DNA of 64,000 bases from Lama guanicoe (taxonomy: Eukaryota): positions 5,693,220 to 5,757,219 of the forward strand of contig MU054323.1 in NCBI GenBank assembly GCA_013239625.1. Reading direction: 5' to 3'. The notes beneath the pieces are model-generated. The model saw only the letters and a program-made list of their open reading frames with translations. It ran no database searches and had not been told where the DNA came from. Positions 10,885-23,027 of the stretch are shown piece by piece; the first letter of the stretch is position 1; every line of letters begins with the position of its first letter. The translations under genes and the position numbers were made by a program.

Positions 10885-12971
10885 AGGGAACCAAATGCAG
10901 CCAAAATAAAGACACAACCTAAATATAACCCAGAAATCATCACATAACAAAGGAAGATAGCAAGGGAAGAAGAATGGAATAAAATAAGAGCAAAAGAGAT
11001 AGGAAACTCCTAACAAAACAGCAATACTTAAGTCTTCACCTATCAATAATTATTTTTAAATGTAAATGGATTAAACTCCCCAATCAAAAGGCTTAGAGTG
11101 GCTGAATAGATAAAAAAGCAAGATATAGCAATATGCTATCTGCAAGAGCTCCACATTAGACTTAAGGACACACATAGGCTGAAAGTGAAGGAATGGAAAA
11201 GAAATTCTGCACGGATAGTAACCAAAAGAAAGGAGGAGTATGTATACTTAAGACAGAAAAACAAATAGACTTTAAGTCAAAAACTATCCCAGAGATGAAG
11301 AAGGTCATTATTTAATGATAAAAAGGTTAATTCACAGGATGATCTAACAACTACAAACATATATGCACCCTACATCAGAGAGAGCACCTAAATATATAAA
11401 CCAAATATTGACAGATCTAAAGGGAGAAATTGACAGTCATACAATAGTAACAGGAGACTTCAATACCCTACTTACAATAATGGATAGAAAATCCAGACAG
11501 AAAATCAATAAAGAAACAGTTGACTTGAACAATGCTGTAGACCAAATAGACCTAAAAGATATAAGAACTTTCCACCCAACAGCAGAATACTCATTCTTTC
11601 CAAGTGCACACAAAACATTCTCCAGGCTAAATCACAAGTCACAAAACAAGCCTTCACAAATTTAAGGAGATAGAATAATTCCAAGTATCTTTGCCAACCA
11701 CAGTGGAATGAAACTAGAAATCAATGACAGCAAGAAAATGGGAAAATTCATAAATACATGGAAACTAAATGACACACTCTTGAAGAACCACTGAGTCAAA
11801 AAGGAAATCAAAGGGAATTTTTTAAATATCTTGAAATTAAAAAAAAACAAAAAAACACAACACACCAAAACTTATAAGATGTAGTAAAAGCGGTACTAAG
11901 GAAGTTTTATAGCAAGAAAATATATTGAAAAAAAAAACACAAAGAAAAGATCTCAGATAAACAATCTAACTTTACATCTCAAGGAACTAGAAAAAGAAGA
12001 CAGACTAGGCCCAAAGTTGGAGGAAAGAAGGAATATTACAAATTGGAGTAGAAATAAATCAAACAGGAAAAAATCAATAAAAGATTTCAGTTTTTGAAAA
12101 AAATAAAATGCTGTCAATAAAAATTGACAAACCCTTAGCTAGACTAAGAAAAAAGAGAGAAGTCTTAGAGAAAATCAGAAATGAAAGAGGAGACATTACA
12201 GCAGATGCCTCATAAATAAAAAGGATCATAAGAGACTTTAATAACAATTATACATCAACAAATTCGACAACCTAAAAAAAAAAGAGGGGGGAAATTTCTA
12301 GAAACAGACAACCTACCAAACTAAACCAAGAAAAGGTAGAAAGCCTGAACAGATGAGTAACAAATAAGGTAAGTTAATCTGTATCAAAAACCTCCCCAAA
12401 AAGGAAAGCCCAGGACCCATATGATCTACAGATTCAATGCAACCCCCATCAAAACTCCAACATTTTCCCAGAAATAGAAAGAGCAATTCTAAAATTCATA
12501 AGGAACCACAAAAGACCCTGAATAGCCAAAGCAATCTTGAGAAAGAGGAACAAAGTTGGCTGCATGATATTTCCTGATTTCAAAATAACTATAGTGATCA
12601 AAATAGTGTTGCACCAGCATAAAAACAGACACAGAGCAATGGAACAGACTTTAGAGCCTAGAAATAAATCCCCATACATACAGTCAACTAATCTTCGCCA
12701 AGGGCACCAAAAATAAACAATGGAAAAGGTTTTTTTAATAAGTAGTTTTGGGAAGACTTTATGTCCACATGCCAGGGAATGAAACTGGACTCTTATAGTG
12801 TATCATATACAGGGATGAAAGCCTTAAATGTAAGACCTGAAACTGCAAAACTCCTGAAAAAAAACAAAGAGAAAAGCTCCTTGACATTAGTCTCGGCAAT
12901 GATTTTTTTTTTTCGAGATGACACTAAAAGCACGAGCAACAAAAGCAAAATAAACAAGTGGGATTACCTCA
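10885..12971 (+). mobile_element. Decayed L1 (L1MA-like): inter-ORF region, ORF2 endonuclease and linker, then post-RT ORF2
   Basis: AATGTAAATGGATTAAACTCCCCAATCAAAAGG (NVNGLNSPIKR); ORF 11363-11665 APKYINQILTDLKGEIDSHTIVTGDFNTLLT is the L1 EN domain; many frameshifts and stops. Confidence 0.95.
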
Positions 12972-12994
12972 CTTGGACTTCGAAGTGAGGTAGG

Positions 12995-13595
12995 ACGTCG
13001 AAGGTTGCTACTTGTACTTCTGACCAACCAGCTAGCGTAAGTCAGAGGCTCCCAAAACCTCCACCTCAGGTTCAATTAATTTGTTAGGGAGCCTCACAGA
13101 ACTCAGAGAAACATTTTAGTTACTAGATTACCAATTCATCATAAAGGGATAAACCTTAGGAACAGCCAGATGGAAGAGATGCCTAGGGCAAGTTATGGGG
13201 CAGGGGTGAGCCACTCTCCCCAAATCACATGTTCACTGACCTGGAAGGTCTCTGAACTCTGTTCTCTTGGGGTTTTATGGAGGCTTCATTACATAGTCAC
13301 AACTGATTAAATCACTGGCCATTGGCAATTGATTCAACCTCTAGGCCCACTCTCCTCCCAGGAGGTCAGAGGGTGGGGGCTGAAAGTTCCAACCCTCTCA
13401 TCACAAGATTAGTTCCACTGGAAAGCAGCCCTCACCCTTAGGTGCTTTCGAAAAGTCACCTCCTCAACATAGCAAAAGACATCTTTACCGCTCTCAACAC
13501 TTAGGAAATTCCAAGGGCTTTGGGAGCAGTGAGGCAGGAACAGTGGAAGAAGATCAAAATACATTTCAGAAATATATTTGGTCACCTGAATATCG
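12995..13595 (-). mobile_element. MER21-family LTR nested in L1
   Basis: TGTACTTCTGACCAACCAGCTA..CTCACAGAACTCAGAGAAACA..GGAACAGCCAGATGGAAGAGATG..TTTTATGGAGGCTTCATTACATAG..AGGAAATTCCAAGGG. Confidence 0.85.
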
Positions 13596-14665
13596 TAGGG
13601 TTAATACCCAAAATTACATATTTAGAACTCAACATGCAAAGTATCTGAATAGACATTTCTTAAAAGAAGACTTACAAATGGGCAATAGATACATGAAAAG
13701 ATCCTCAATGTCTCTAATTATCAGGAAATGCAAATCAAAACCGTATTGAGAAATCACCTCACACCTGTTAGGATGGCTATTATCAAAAAAGACAGAAGAT
13801 AGCAAATGTTGGCAAGGATGTAGAGAAAAGAGAACCCTTGTGCATGGTTGGTAGGAATGTAAATTGGTACGGTCATTACAGAAAATAATAAGGAGATTCC
13901 TCAAAAAATTAAAAATAGAACTCCCATATGATTCAGCAATTCCACTTCTGAGTATGTATCCAAAGGAAATGAAATCAGTGTCTCAAAGAGACATCTGCAC
14001 CCCTATGTTCACTGCAGCCTTATCCACAATACTCAAGATAAGGAACAGCTTAAGTATCCATCAACAGATGAGTGAAGAAATTGTATCCATTATATATAAA
14101 TATATACACATGTACACATATATACATATATATACACATATACATATGCACACACAGACACACACAGAATTATTCAGCCTTAAAAAAGAAGAGAATCCTG
14201 TGACAGCATGTGAAGCTGAAGGACACTATGCTCAGTGGAAAAAAGCCAGAAAAATACTGCATTATCTTATATGTGAAATCTAAAACTGTTGAATTCATAG
14301 AAGCAGAGAGTAGAATGGTGGTTACAGGGTCAGGAGTAGGGGTTAAGGGAAATGGGGAGATACTGGTCAAGCAATATGAAGTTTCAGTTATATGGGATGA
14401 ATAAATTCTACAGATCTAATGTACAGCACAGTGACTTTAGTTAATAACATTGTATTACATACTTGAAATTTGCTGAGTGAGATTTAAGTGTTCTCACCAC
14501 ATCCACACAAAAAGGTAACCATGTGAGGTGATGAATATGTTAATTTGCTTGACTATACTAATTATTTCACAATGTGTGTATATATACCAAAACATCATGT
14601 TGTATTCCTTAGTACATACAGGTCTTATTTTTTAAAAAATTCAAGTAAAAAATTATAAACATTAA
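13596..14665 (+). mobile_element. L1 ORF2 C-terminus and 3'UTR (L1MA9-like), continuing the upstream L1
   Basis: ORF 13864 RFLKKLKIELPYDSAIPLLSMYPKEMKSVSQRDICTPMFTAAL is the ORF2 C-terminal segment; 3'UTR GTGTTCTCACCAC..CATGTGAGGTGATGAATATGTTAAT..ACATCATGTTGTA. Confidence 0.95.
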
Positions 14666-15790
14666 ACAGGTGAAAGAGAGGAGAAAGTGCAACCTGACAA
14701 ATAATATAAAGTCTATTGGTAATTCCATGCAATAGAGATGCACAAATTTTTAATTACTTTTTAATGGTTATGAGATGTATTCCACAGAACTGGTAATGCA
14801 TTTTTTACCATTCCCTTACTGATGAACATTTAAACTGTTTCTAATGTTCCTTATTAAAATTGATGTATCATTAGTATAAATACACAAAGAAGTGTATTGT
14901 GATTATAACTAAAAAGTTTAGAGTGAACACTGTGATAATAAAATATTTAATTCAAATATAATAAAACATAAATATATATAAAATATAACAAAATATATAT
15001 AAGATATTTAATTCCAATATTTGAATTAAATATACGTATATTCCTGAGAAGTCATGTTTGGTGAGACCAAGAAGTCTCAAGTGACGTTTCTGACACAGAC
15101 TAGCACAGAGCATGGAGCATACAGAATGCAGAAGATGTGTTCATGATATGGAAACAAAAGCATGGCAGTAAAAGACAAAGAACAAGGTGGAACACGGAGG
15201 GAGAGATTTCTCCAAGAGATTCATCAATTCTGCCCTAAAAACCAATTGGAAATTACATCAGACCCCAAGGGACATAGTGGATAGAGTTACTTGTGTGTGC
15301 TCAGGCTTAACTTAGGTTAGTAAACCCTGCCTAGGTCTTACTTCATATTGCGAGTGTCCTCAATTAATCATTTTGTGGTCATTAGCCAGCTGGAGTTGAA
15401 GAACTGGTTTGGGAATTTTTGTGAATGGATTATCTCAACCAGGGAAACTCAACTTGGCAAACGTAGTCAAAATAATGAAGCCCCAAGTAGGTGGATCAAC
15501 TAAACTGGGTTCTCTCCCAGAACAGGGTCTGAAGAAGGTCCAATTCTGTCTGAAAATTTGGGCTTCATATTATACTTGCCCCAGATCCAAAAAAAAGGGA
15601 TTGATGATATTCCAAGGGAAACCTCACCTCAGTTGTTTTTAGGACAAGTTACCGGAAGATATTTCTCCCCCCTCCTCAAATACACAGCATGTATTCAAGT
15701 TCTCTGGCCCCAACCAGCTTCTCAGATTTGACACCAGCTCAAGGCCATCCTCATGTCCCCTCACCCTCACTGTTCTTAGAGGACATAGAC

Positions 15791-16110
15791 CAGCACTGAC
15801 CAATATGCAAGCCACAAATAAGTTTAAATTTTCTAGTAGTCACACTTTTTAAAGTGTGACTTAAAACTGAAACAGGTGAAATTTATTTCAATAGTATGTT
15901 GTGTTTAACCCAACGTACTCAAAATGCGATCATCTCAACACGTAATCAACATGAAATATTATTCATGAGACATTGCCCATTCTTTCTTTGGACTAAGTCT
16001 TGGAAATCTGGTGTGTATGTTTTGCACATAGCACATCTTAGTGTGGACCAGACACATGTCATGTGCTCAGTAGCCACCTGTGGCCCTGGCCTTCCTTTTG
16101 AATAGTGCAG
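15791..16110. mobile_element. MER33-like hAT-Charlie MITE
   Basis: CAGCACTGACCAATA..AAATTTTCTAGTAGTCAC..AAACAGGTGAAATTTATTTCAATA..TTTAACCCAA..GTGCTCAGTAGCCACCTGTGGC..TTGAATAGTGCAG. Confidence 0.85.
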
Positions 16111-17278
16111 ACTAAATGATCTCATTCAAAGCCCTCCATAACCCACTGTGATGTTCCAGACTAGGCCTGGGAACCATGCCCGGGTGCCCGGACTCACTGT
16201 GGCATTTGCCAGTGTGCCTTGTCTGTCAGTCTGAAATGGCCCAGAGGAAGCCAGCCTCTGTGCCCACAGGACCTGAGTAGGCAGCCAGTGCCAGCTCTCC
16301 CCTCAGCCCCGCCAGCCCAAGCTTGCTTCTCATCTGGGATCTCCCATCTGAGCAGCCATTCTGAGCCCTGATGAAACAGTTAACTCCTTTAAAAATTTTT
16401 CTGAGATGTTTTACTGCTTCATGTGAATTGGAAAAGGCTATTTTTAAAATCAAAGAACAATCTTTAGGGGGAAGTGGCTTCCTCACCAGTGACCTGCACG
16501 TGCACTTGAGCCTTCAGGAGCACTGGCCTCCAGAAGGAAAGCTCATCACATCCCAGGAAGGTGAGTGTCGAGCCCTCTTGCACCAGCGAGCCACCCACAG
16601 GTCAGAGGGGAAGCCAGCCGGAGAGCAAAGAGATGAAAGCGGGCTCCTGGAGGGGTAAGTGGGAAAACGTGCTGGAGACGTTTCTTTGAAAATCTATCTA
16701 ATCCAGGCTGTGCAGGAGGCTCAGAACCTCCCGGACCAGGAAGCAGTAACAAGATAATGCATGAAACGACGTCGTGGCCCCATCGCCCCCTTGTGGGGCT
16801 CAGCAGTGCCACCATCAGCACATCTGCCTAAAACTTAAGACACTCCAGGAGGAGACACTCATTGTCAGCCCAGAGTGAAGAGGGAACCTAGGGGCAGGTC
16901 CTGGAAAAGAAAAGTCTGCGAAAGAATACAGAATGGCAGACGGGGCATGGTGGACAAATGTTGCCTGATGCCCTCTCGGTGCTGGGCCCAGTGCTCAGGA
17001 CTGGGCACGCGAGAAGGGAACAGAGGGCAATGGCAGCGACTCAGGCACCACTCCGTTCTTGGGGATTCATTGGGCGCTCTCCGGGCAGGCTGTCAGCCAA
17101 AGTTTGCCTGACTTCTCCAGCATCCACCTCCATGAGGCCAGCAGCAGATGCTAAAGGACACAGTGCTAAAGGAGAGGTGGGCAGTTCCCAGGGTTAGCAA
17201 TCAGTCCACTTATCCTCACGCTCAACAGGTGCATATTAAACACCAGAGTCCCGACTTAGCTTCTTAAAAAGATCATCT

Positions 17279-17797
17279 CAACATGCAAACAACCCAAGTG
17301 CCCATCAATAGATGATTGGTTTAGGAAGATACGACATGTGTGTGTGTGTGTGTGTATAAAATGGATTATTATTCAGCCATAAAAAGAATGAAATACTGCC
17401 ATTTGCAGCAACATGGGCAGACCTAGAGATTATCATATTAAATGAAGCAAGTCAGACGAAGACAATATATGTAGAATCTAAAAAGTAATACAAATGAATC
17501 TATATACAAAACAAAAATTGCCTCACAGACATAGAAAACACATTTATGGTTACCAAAGGAGAAATAGAAGGTAGGGGGGATAAATTAAGAGTATGAGATT
17601 AGCAGATACAAACCACTATATATAAAATAGATAAGTAGCAAGGATTTACTATAGAGCACGGGGAACTATATTCAGTATCTTGTAATAATGTATAATGGAA
17701 AACAATCAGAAAAAAAAGTATATATATAACTGAATCACTTTGGTGTACACCCGAAACTAACACAATATTGTAAATCAACTATATTTCAATTACAAAA
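17279..17797 (+). mobile_element. 5'-truncated artiodactyl-type L1 3' end with TSD
   Basis: 3'UTR ending TGTACACCCGAAACTAACACAATATTGTAAATCAACTATATTTCAATT plus poly(A); TSD AAAAAGATCA(T/C)CT at 17266-17278 and 17798-17810, preceded by a TT/AAAA site. Confidence 0.92.
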
Positions 17798-17919
17798 AAA
17801 AAGATCACCTTCCCTCAAATAATTGTATTTTTACCAATTTTGGAATCCTGAATCTGAGACCCTCCTTTCTCCCTCTCCTGCTCTCTATTCCCTGGGTTGC
17901 TGAGTGTTCACTGAATGAA

Positions 17920-18105
17920 CAAAGTTCTGTAGAAGAAGCACAGAGCACAGAGGAAGTAACTCTTGTAGAGCTGTTGGCCAAGACTTCAGAGAGGTAACGT
18001 AAGAGCCAGGACTTAAAGCTTCAGTGGGAGTTTGCCATGTAGGAAAACGAGAGAGGAACATCTCAGGCAGAAGACACAACAGTTACAAAGCAACAGAGTC
18101 GAGAG
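17920..18105 (-). mobile_element. L2 fragment
   Basis: AAGACTTCAGAGAGGTAACG..GGACTTAAAG..GGAGTTTGCCATG..AGGAACATCTCAGGCAGAAGACACAACAG. Confidence 0.55.
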
Positions 18106-18630
18106 GGCTTACAAGGTGGAATCCAACGTAGAAGACCTCGCATGCTGCCCCAGGCCAGCTCAGACACTGGACTTACACTGAGGGTCTCCCAGCTTCTGTA
18201 GATTTCTTTTGGCACACGGCACAGTTGGAATGTGTTTGGTCTCTTCTGTAATTTCGCTTGCACACATCTGATTTCACATTACTTTTCTTCAGGACAAGCA
18301 CAAAAATAATCCCCAAATTGGACATGCCCAGAGCTTCCTAACATCCCCAAGTCTATGAGCTATTCTTACAAACAACATAAGTGACTTCAACATTTCCCAC
18401 CAACGCAGCTGTAGCACTTTTAATGTTTGCAATCCTATGTCACCCTGGGTCTGAGATGCTCTTCCAATTAAACCCTGGTTACACTTCTCTTTCCAAGTGC
18501 GAAAGAATCCAATTAAAGTTAATGAAAGCAATCAGTCTGCAAGTCTCGGGGTGTTCTGCCCCATTTGGAGACAGGTAATAACACCCACTGACCTCGTGGA
18601 GAGAGTGGAGGCACCACCGTTCTCTGCAAA

Positions 18631-18671
18631 TGAGCCAGACCTGAGCCAGACCTGAGCCAGACCTGAGCCAG
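18631..18671. repeat. Perfect 11-bp tandem repeat (TGAGCCAGACC) x3.7
   Basis: Read directly from the sequence. Confidence 0.95.
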
Positions 18672-20258
18672 CCAGGGAAACCTGGAATTTAGGAGGTCGC
18701 TCTGTTTGGACTTCCCCACAAAGTTCAGGATCCCATTAAGCATTAACTATAGGAATCTGTCCTTTAAGGAACTTCAGACTCATTTGGCTGCCATATGGCT
18801 GGGGCTTAGCAGTGCCTCCCATAAGCCTAAAATCCTAGGATATCCTACACTTATTTTCCAGAAGCCATTCATTACATTACCTTTGATTTTTTATCTGGCT
18901 TCCAAGTGGCAGCTCCCAGAGAATAACACTGTGACGGCACCAAACGCCTGTGAGGTGAAATTAGCCCAAGTCCTCTATCTGAGCTTGTACAACATCGTCC
19001 AGCCCTTGGTGCTAACTCTCAGAGCACCTCATGGACCTGCTGGGTGTCAGCTCAGAGGGTCAGCCTGGGATCCCTCAGGAAGCATCAAAAAGACCCACAA
19101 CTCCATACCAGGGAAGCTGTGAGGACACCCCTCGGATGCTGGAGACATCATGAGTGTTACTTGTCACCATTCATTCCCCAGAGGGCCAATGCTCCCAGTG
19201 GCTCTCCTTCCGCCTCAGTTCAGTTCAAAAACCACGCCCCCTTCTAAGCTTCATTTGTTCCTCACGTTCTGCATTTATTTGGAAGGCTGACTCACTCGAC
19301 AGTCATTTCTTGGCAGAACCGCAGTTTTGACCTCAGAGTGACTGTCCCATGCTTTCTGTTGCCACAGACCACTGCCCTTAGATGTGAGAATCTGACCCTG
19401 GCCCCGCTGGACGCCAAGGAAGGAGCCCACCCCTGTTCTCGGGGAGCTTCAGCTCTGGCTGGGGAAACAAAGCTGACATTTGGGTGTAGTTGGAAAACTG
19501 AACAAGGCAGTAAATAATTAAGTGCTGCTCAATTACATAATTGATTAATTATAACTAATTGCTACTTAAATGAACTGCTCCAGCCCACATTGATCTTCCT
19601 CGGCTCTGACCCCATGGAGTGGCCGTGGTCTGAGCTGCTCACTCTGGCACTTACCCATTTCCCAGAACATCCCTCCCATCCTCTCATGGATGAGTCTCCC
19701 CTGCCATGACTGGTAGTGTCCCCAAGGGCAGGACCAGGTCTTTTGAGACAAGAACAGGCCCTAGTTTCCTCCCCCTCGGTCTCCCACAGCAGAATCAGCC
19801 CACTCAAAGGATAAGGCTCTTTGCTTAGTAAACACTTGGTGATTAATGTCAAAAATATGGACCAGTGTTCATATGTAACCAATGCATATGAGTATAAACT
19901 AGGGTCCCGCAACCATAATCAATTTTGCTTCATTAACTTAGCCCCTTAGCGTGTCCTTGGGAAGGTCCCATCTTACGTTTCTCTACTCTGTCTTGTGAAG
20001 CCACCAAATGGCTTCTGTCACTGGCCACACTGTCCTGCCAGGATCCATCCTGCAGACACCCCTCTGACTGCTCTCACAAGACTCTTCCTTCCCTTATGTG
20101 TTGTTTGATGGATGATGCAAAGGAAGGGCAAGCCTGGGAGCTGCCCACCTACCTCCTTCTGCCAGTGCTTCTGCAGGGCTCCAGGTCCCCCACTCGGCTC
20201 TGAGCAGCTTGAGCAATCTTTACTCATCACTGGGTCTCCTTTCCCTGAAAGAGACTAC

Positions 20259-20631
20259 CATGTCAGTCAGCTAGGGCTGCCAGAACAAAATGCCACAGTC
20301 TGGGTGGCTTGAACAACAGAAGTTTATTTTCTCAGTCTAAGATCAAGGTATTTCATTCAGTTTGATTTCATTCTGAGGCCCCTCCCCTTGGCTTGTAGGT
20401 GGCCGTCTCTTTCCTGTGTCTTCACATGGTCCTCCCTCTGTGTGTGTCTCTGTCCTAATCTCTTCTGAGAAGGACACTTCTTAGACTGAATTAAGGGCCA
20501 CACACATGATCTCATCTTACCTTAACTACCTCTTATACAGGCCCTGTCTCCAAATACAGTCACAATCTCTGCTCCTGGGGCTAGGAGGTCAACATACAAG
20601 TTTTGTGGAAAACACAAGCCAGCTTATAATA
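20259..20631 (-). mobile_element. MLT1A/B-like MaLR solo LTR
   Basis: GCTAGGGCTGCCAGAACAAAATGCCACAGTCTGGGTGGCTTGAACAACAGAAGTTTATTTTCTCA..GTCTCCAAATACAGTCACA; flanking 5-mers ACTAC/ACCAC resemble a TSD. Confidence 0.9.
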
Positions 20632-22469
20632 ACCACTAATAAACTAAGTGCTTAATAAATGTTGTGGGCCAGGTAGAAGAGAGGGCTGATGACAGATGGA
20701 TAGATGGGTGGATAGAAAACAGAAAGGCTGCTGAATAAGTGTTTGACCCTGTGCAAAAGGTGGGATAAATGTGTCGGGAGAGTCTCTCCCAGTCCTGGAC
20801 CCTTTCTACTCGGCCACATCCTTCCCTTTCTCCTTGCTTTTCAAGATGATAATTCCCTTGTCCCCTTCCGAGCCTCAGGACAGACTCTCAATGCTGTCCT
20901 GATGTACATGCGTGGAGAGCAGCAACAAGGGGTGTGTGTGACATGCGAGGTGAGCCTGTCCTTGGGGGGCTGCTGTCCTCACACACACACCCCGGGGAGC
21001 CGTCCGCCTCTCTCTGGAGGGAGAGGCCACAGGCCGTGGCTTCCCATGCGACGCCAGAAATTCTAACTCAACACTGAAATGAAGCCTTTGTAAACAACCA
21101 GAATCGGAAAGGGAGACAAAACCCGGGAATCGGGGCCTTTTTCTTTTCATGTTCAGCAAAATCGTCACTGTTGTTGAACAGGACTGCACTCCCAGCGGCA
21201 GGCGAGGCCCTATAATTACTGTGGGGCTGAGAGAGTGCTCAGGGTCAGCAAAACAAAGAGGAGGAAATTGCCTGCACAGATTGGCTCAAATATCAGGTTC
21301 AACGAAGAAGAAAACACAATTTGTTCATTTGGAAAATGACTCTGGTGACGTGAACGCCCTACACGTTGCTGGAATTCAGGGGGAAACGGGGCAACAGCGT
21401 GGGGTAGGGCCCTCACGAGAAGAGGCAGCTTGCTGCTTTGAGACCCGAGAACAACCTTGCAGGTGGAGCCAGTGGACAGCAGAAGAGACCCTCTGGCGCA
21501 TTCACGACTTTAGGCCTTCAGGCCCATACATCAGCAGGGCTCCGAGGGGCTCCGAGTCCTTTTCTCAGGGCAGTGGCTTTGCAGTTGCCTGTCCTAGAAG
21601 AGACGGCACGGCTCAGGCACTTCCAGGAAACCGGTCCCTGTGCAGGAGGGCTGAGGGGTGTCACCAGTGGGGCTCCTTCTCACCACTAAGGTGGAACACA
21701 GGTGTGAGCTCATGGCTACATCTGCATCCATCAACCACTCCAGGACCCTCTTGCAAGTTCTTTTCTCTCCATCTGCACAGTGGGACATCTAAACCGGCAG
21801 TGAGCCAGACAGGGGAGAGAGAGGCTGTGGATGGTCATCACACTGGGTGGCTTCTGGGTCAGGGGACCACCCACCTAGTTTGCCCAGGATGGTTCTGGTC
21901 CCAGCATTAATCATAACGTTAACAATGATCACTTGAGTACTGAATTAAACAGATATCCTAATTCTCTGGACTTTTACAGGACCACATCCCCACCCTTCCT
22001 TGCCTTTCAGCCATGACTCTCTTGATATGTCCGAGCTCCACCTGGAAAAGGCACCCAGGATCAGGGGCCTCTACACAGTGCAAGCAAGTCCTCCCTTTGG
22101 GGATTAAGAATCTAGGGCCACACCGAAGATCACTGTGGGTGTGGGGCATCACTCAGTCCCAGGATGCTGGTCAACCAATCCCCATACTGAGCACATCTGC
22201 CATTGTCTCCAAGGTCTGAGAATCCTTGGTGCCCCCACCCGGCAAGGCAGGCCCCAGCCAGCCTCCTGGAGATGAGCCCTCTCCCCTTCTTTCCTCAGGC
22301 TCCCAAAGACTTTTGCAATTAAGTCCTATTCCCAAATGTAATCCAGGCATGTCCCTACCTTATATCCTGCCTGGGCTGAGACTTAACAGATCCACCCTCA
22401 GATACAGAAACAAATAGCTATTCCCCAAGTATAATCAGGGTTCTTGTCAATATCACTGGGGGCTGACAA

Positions 22470-22600
22470 TGAGCAGGGGAATAGGAGATGGTTTTATGGA
22501 GGAAGTGATCTATGCTGGAACTTAAAGAGTAGAGAGGCTTTAGATCTGTGAGAGGGGCGGGAAGACGGCCTGAGGGCATGATGGCACTGATGTGGGAAAG
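22470..22600 (-). mobile_element. L2 fragment
   Basis: GGTTTTATGGAGGAAGTGATCTATGCTGGAACTTAAAGAGTAGAGAGG. Confidence 0.45.
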
Positions 22601-22919
22601 AGTGAGGAATCTGGCCACCAGCGAGTGGGCAGCGGAGGGCACAGGGACAGGGATCTGAGGCCAGGCCCTGACGCATCCCTGAGGAGCCCAGCTTGCCAGC
22701 TCCCACAGATCCTACCATCTGCGCTATCCCATTTAATGACACTGTCTGGCACTTAATTGACTCAAACATAATGCTGCTATTGTGGACAAAGTTTAGTTGC
22801 CACTAATTAAGTCATTGGAAATTGAAATAAAGAGCAAAGACTGAACTGTTTGGAATCACCCAGTGAAACAGAATGACTTTGTCATCTGTAAAAAAAAAAA
22901 AAAAAAAAAAAGGAGAAAC

Positions 22920-23027
22920 NNNNNNNNNNNNNNNNNNNNNNNNNNNNNNNNNNNNNNNNNNNNNNNNNNNNNNNNNNNNNNNNNNNNNNNNNNNNNNNNN
23001 NNNNNNNNNNNNNNNNNNNNNNNNNNN
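22920..23027. other. Assembly gap (108 N)
   Basis: Run of N between two poly(A) tracts. Confidence 1.

Noticed and set aside
21149..21910. Longest ORF in the track (253 aa)
   Set aside because: No recognisable domain. It is rich in Ser/Gly/Arg/Cys as expected for a chance ORF in GC-richer non-coding DNA, and I see no promoter or splice context
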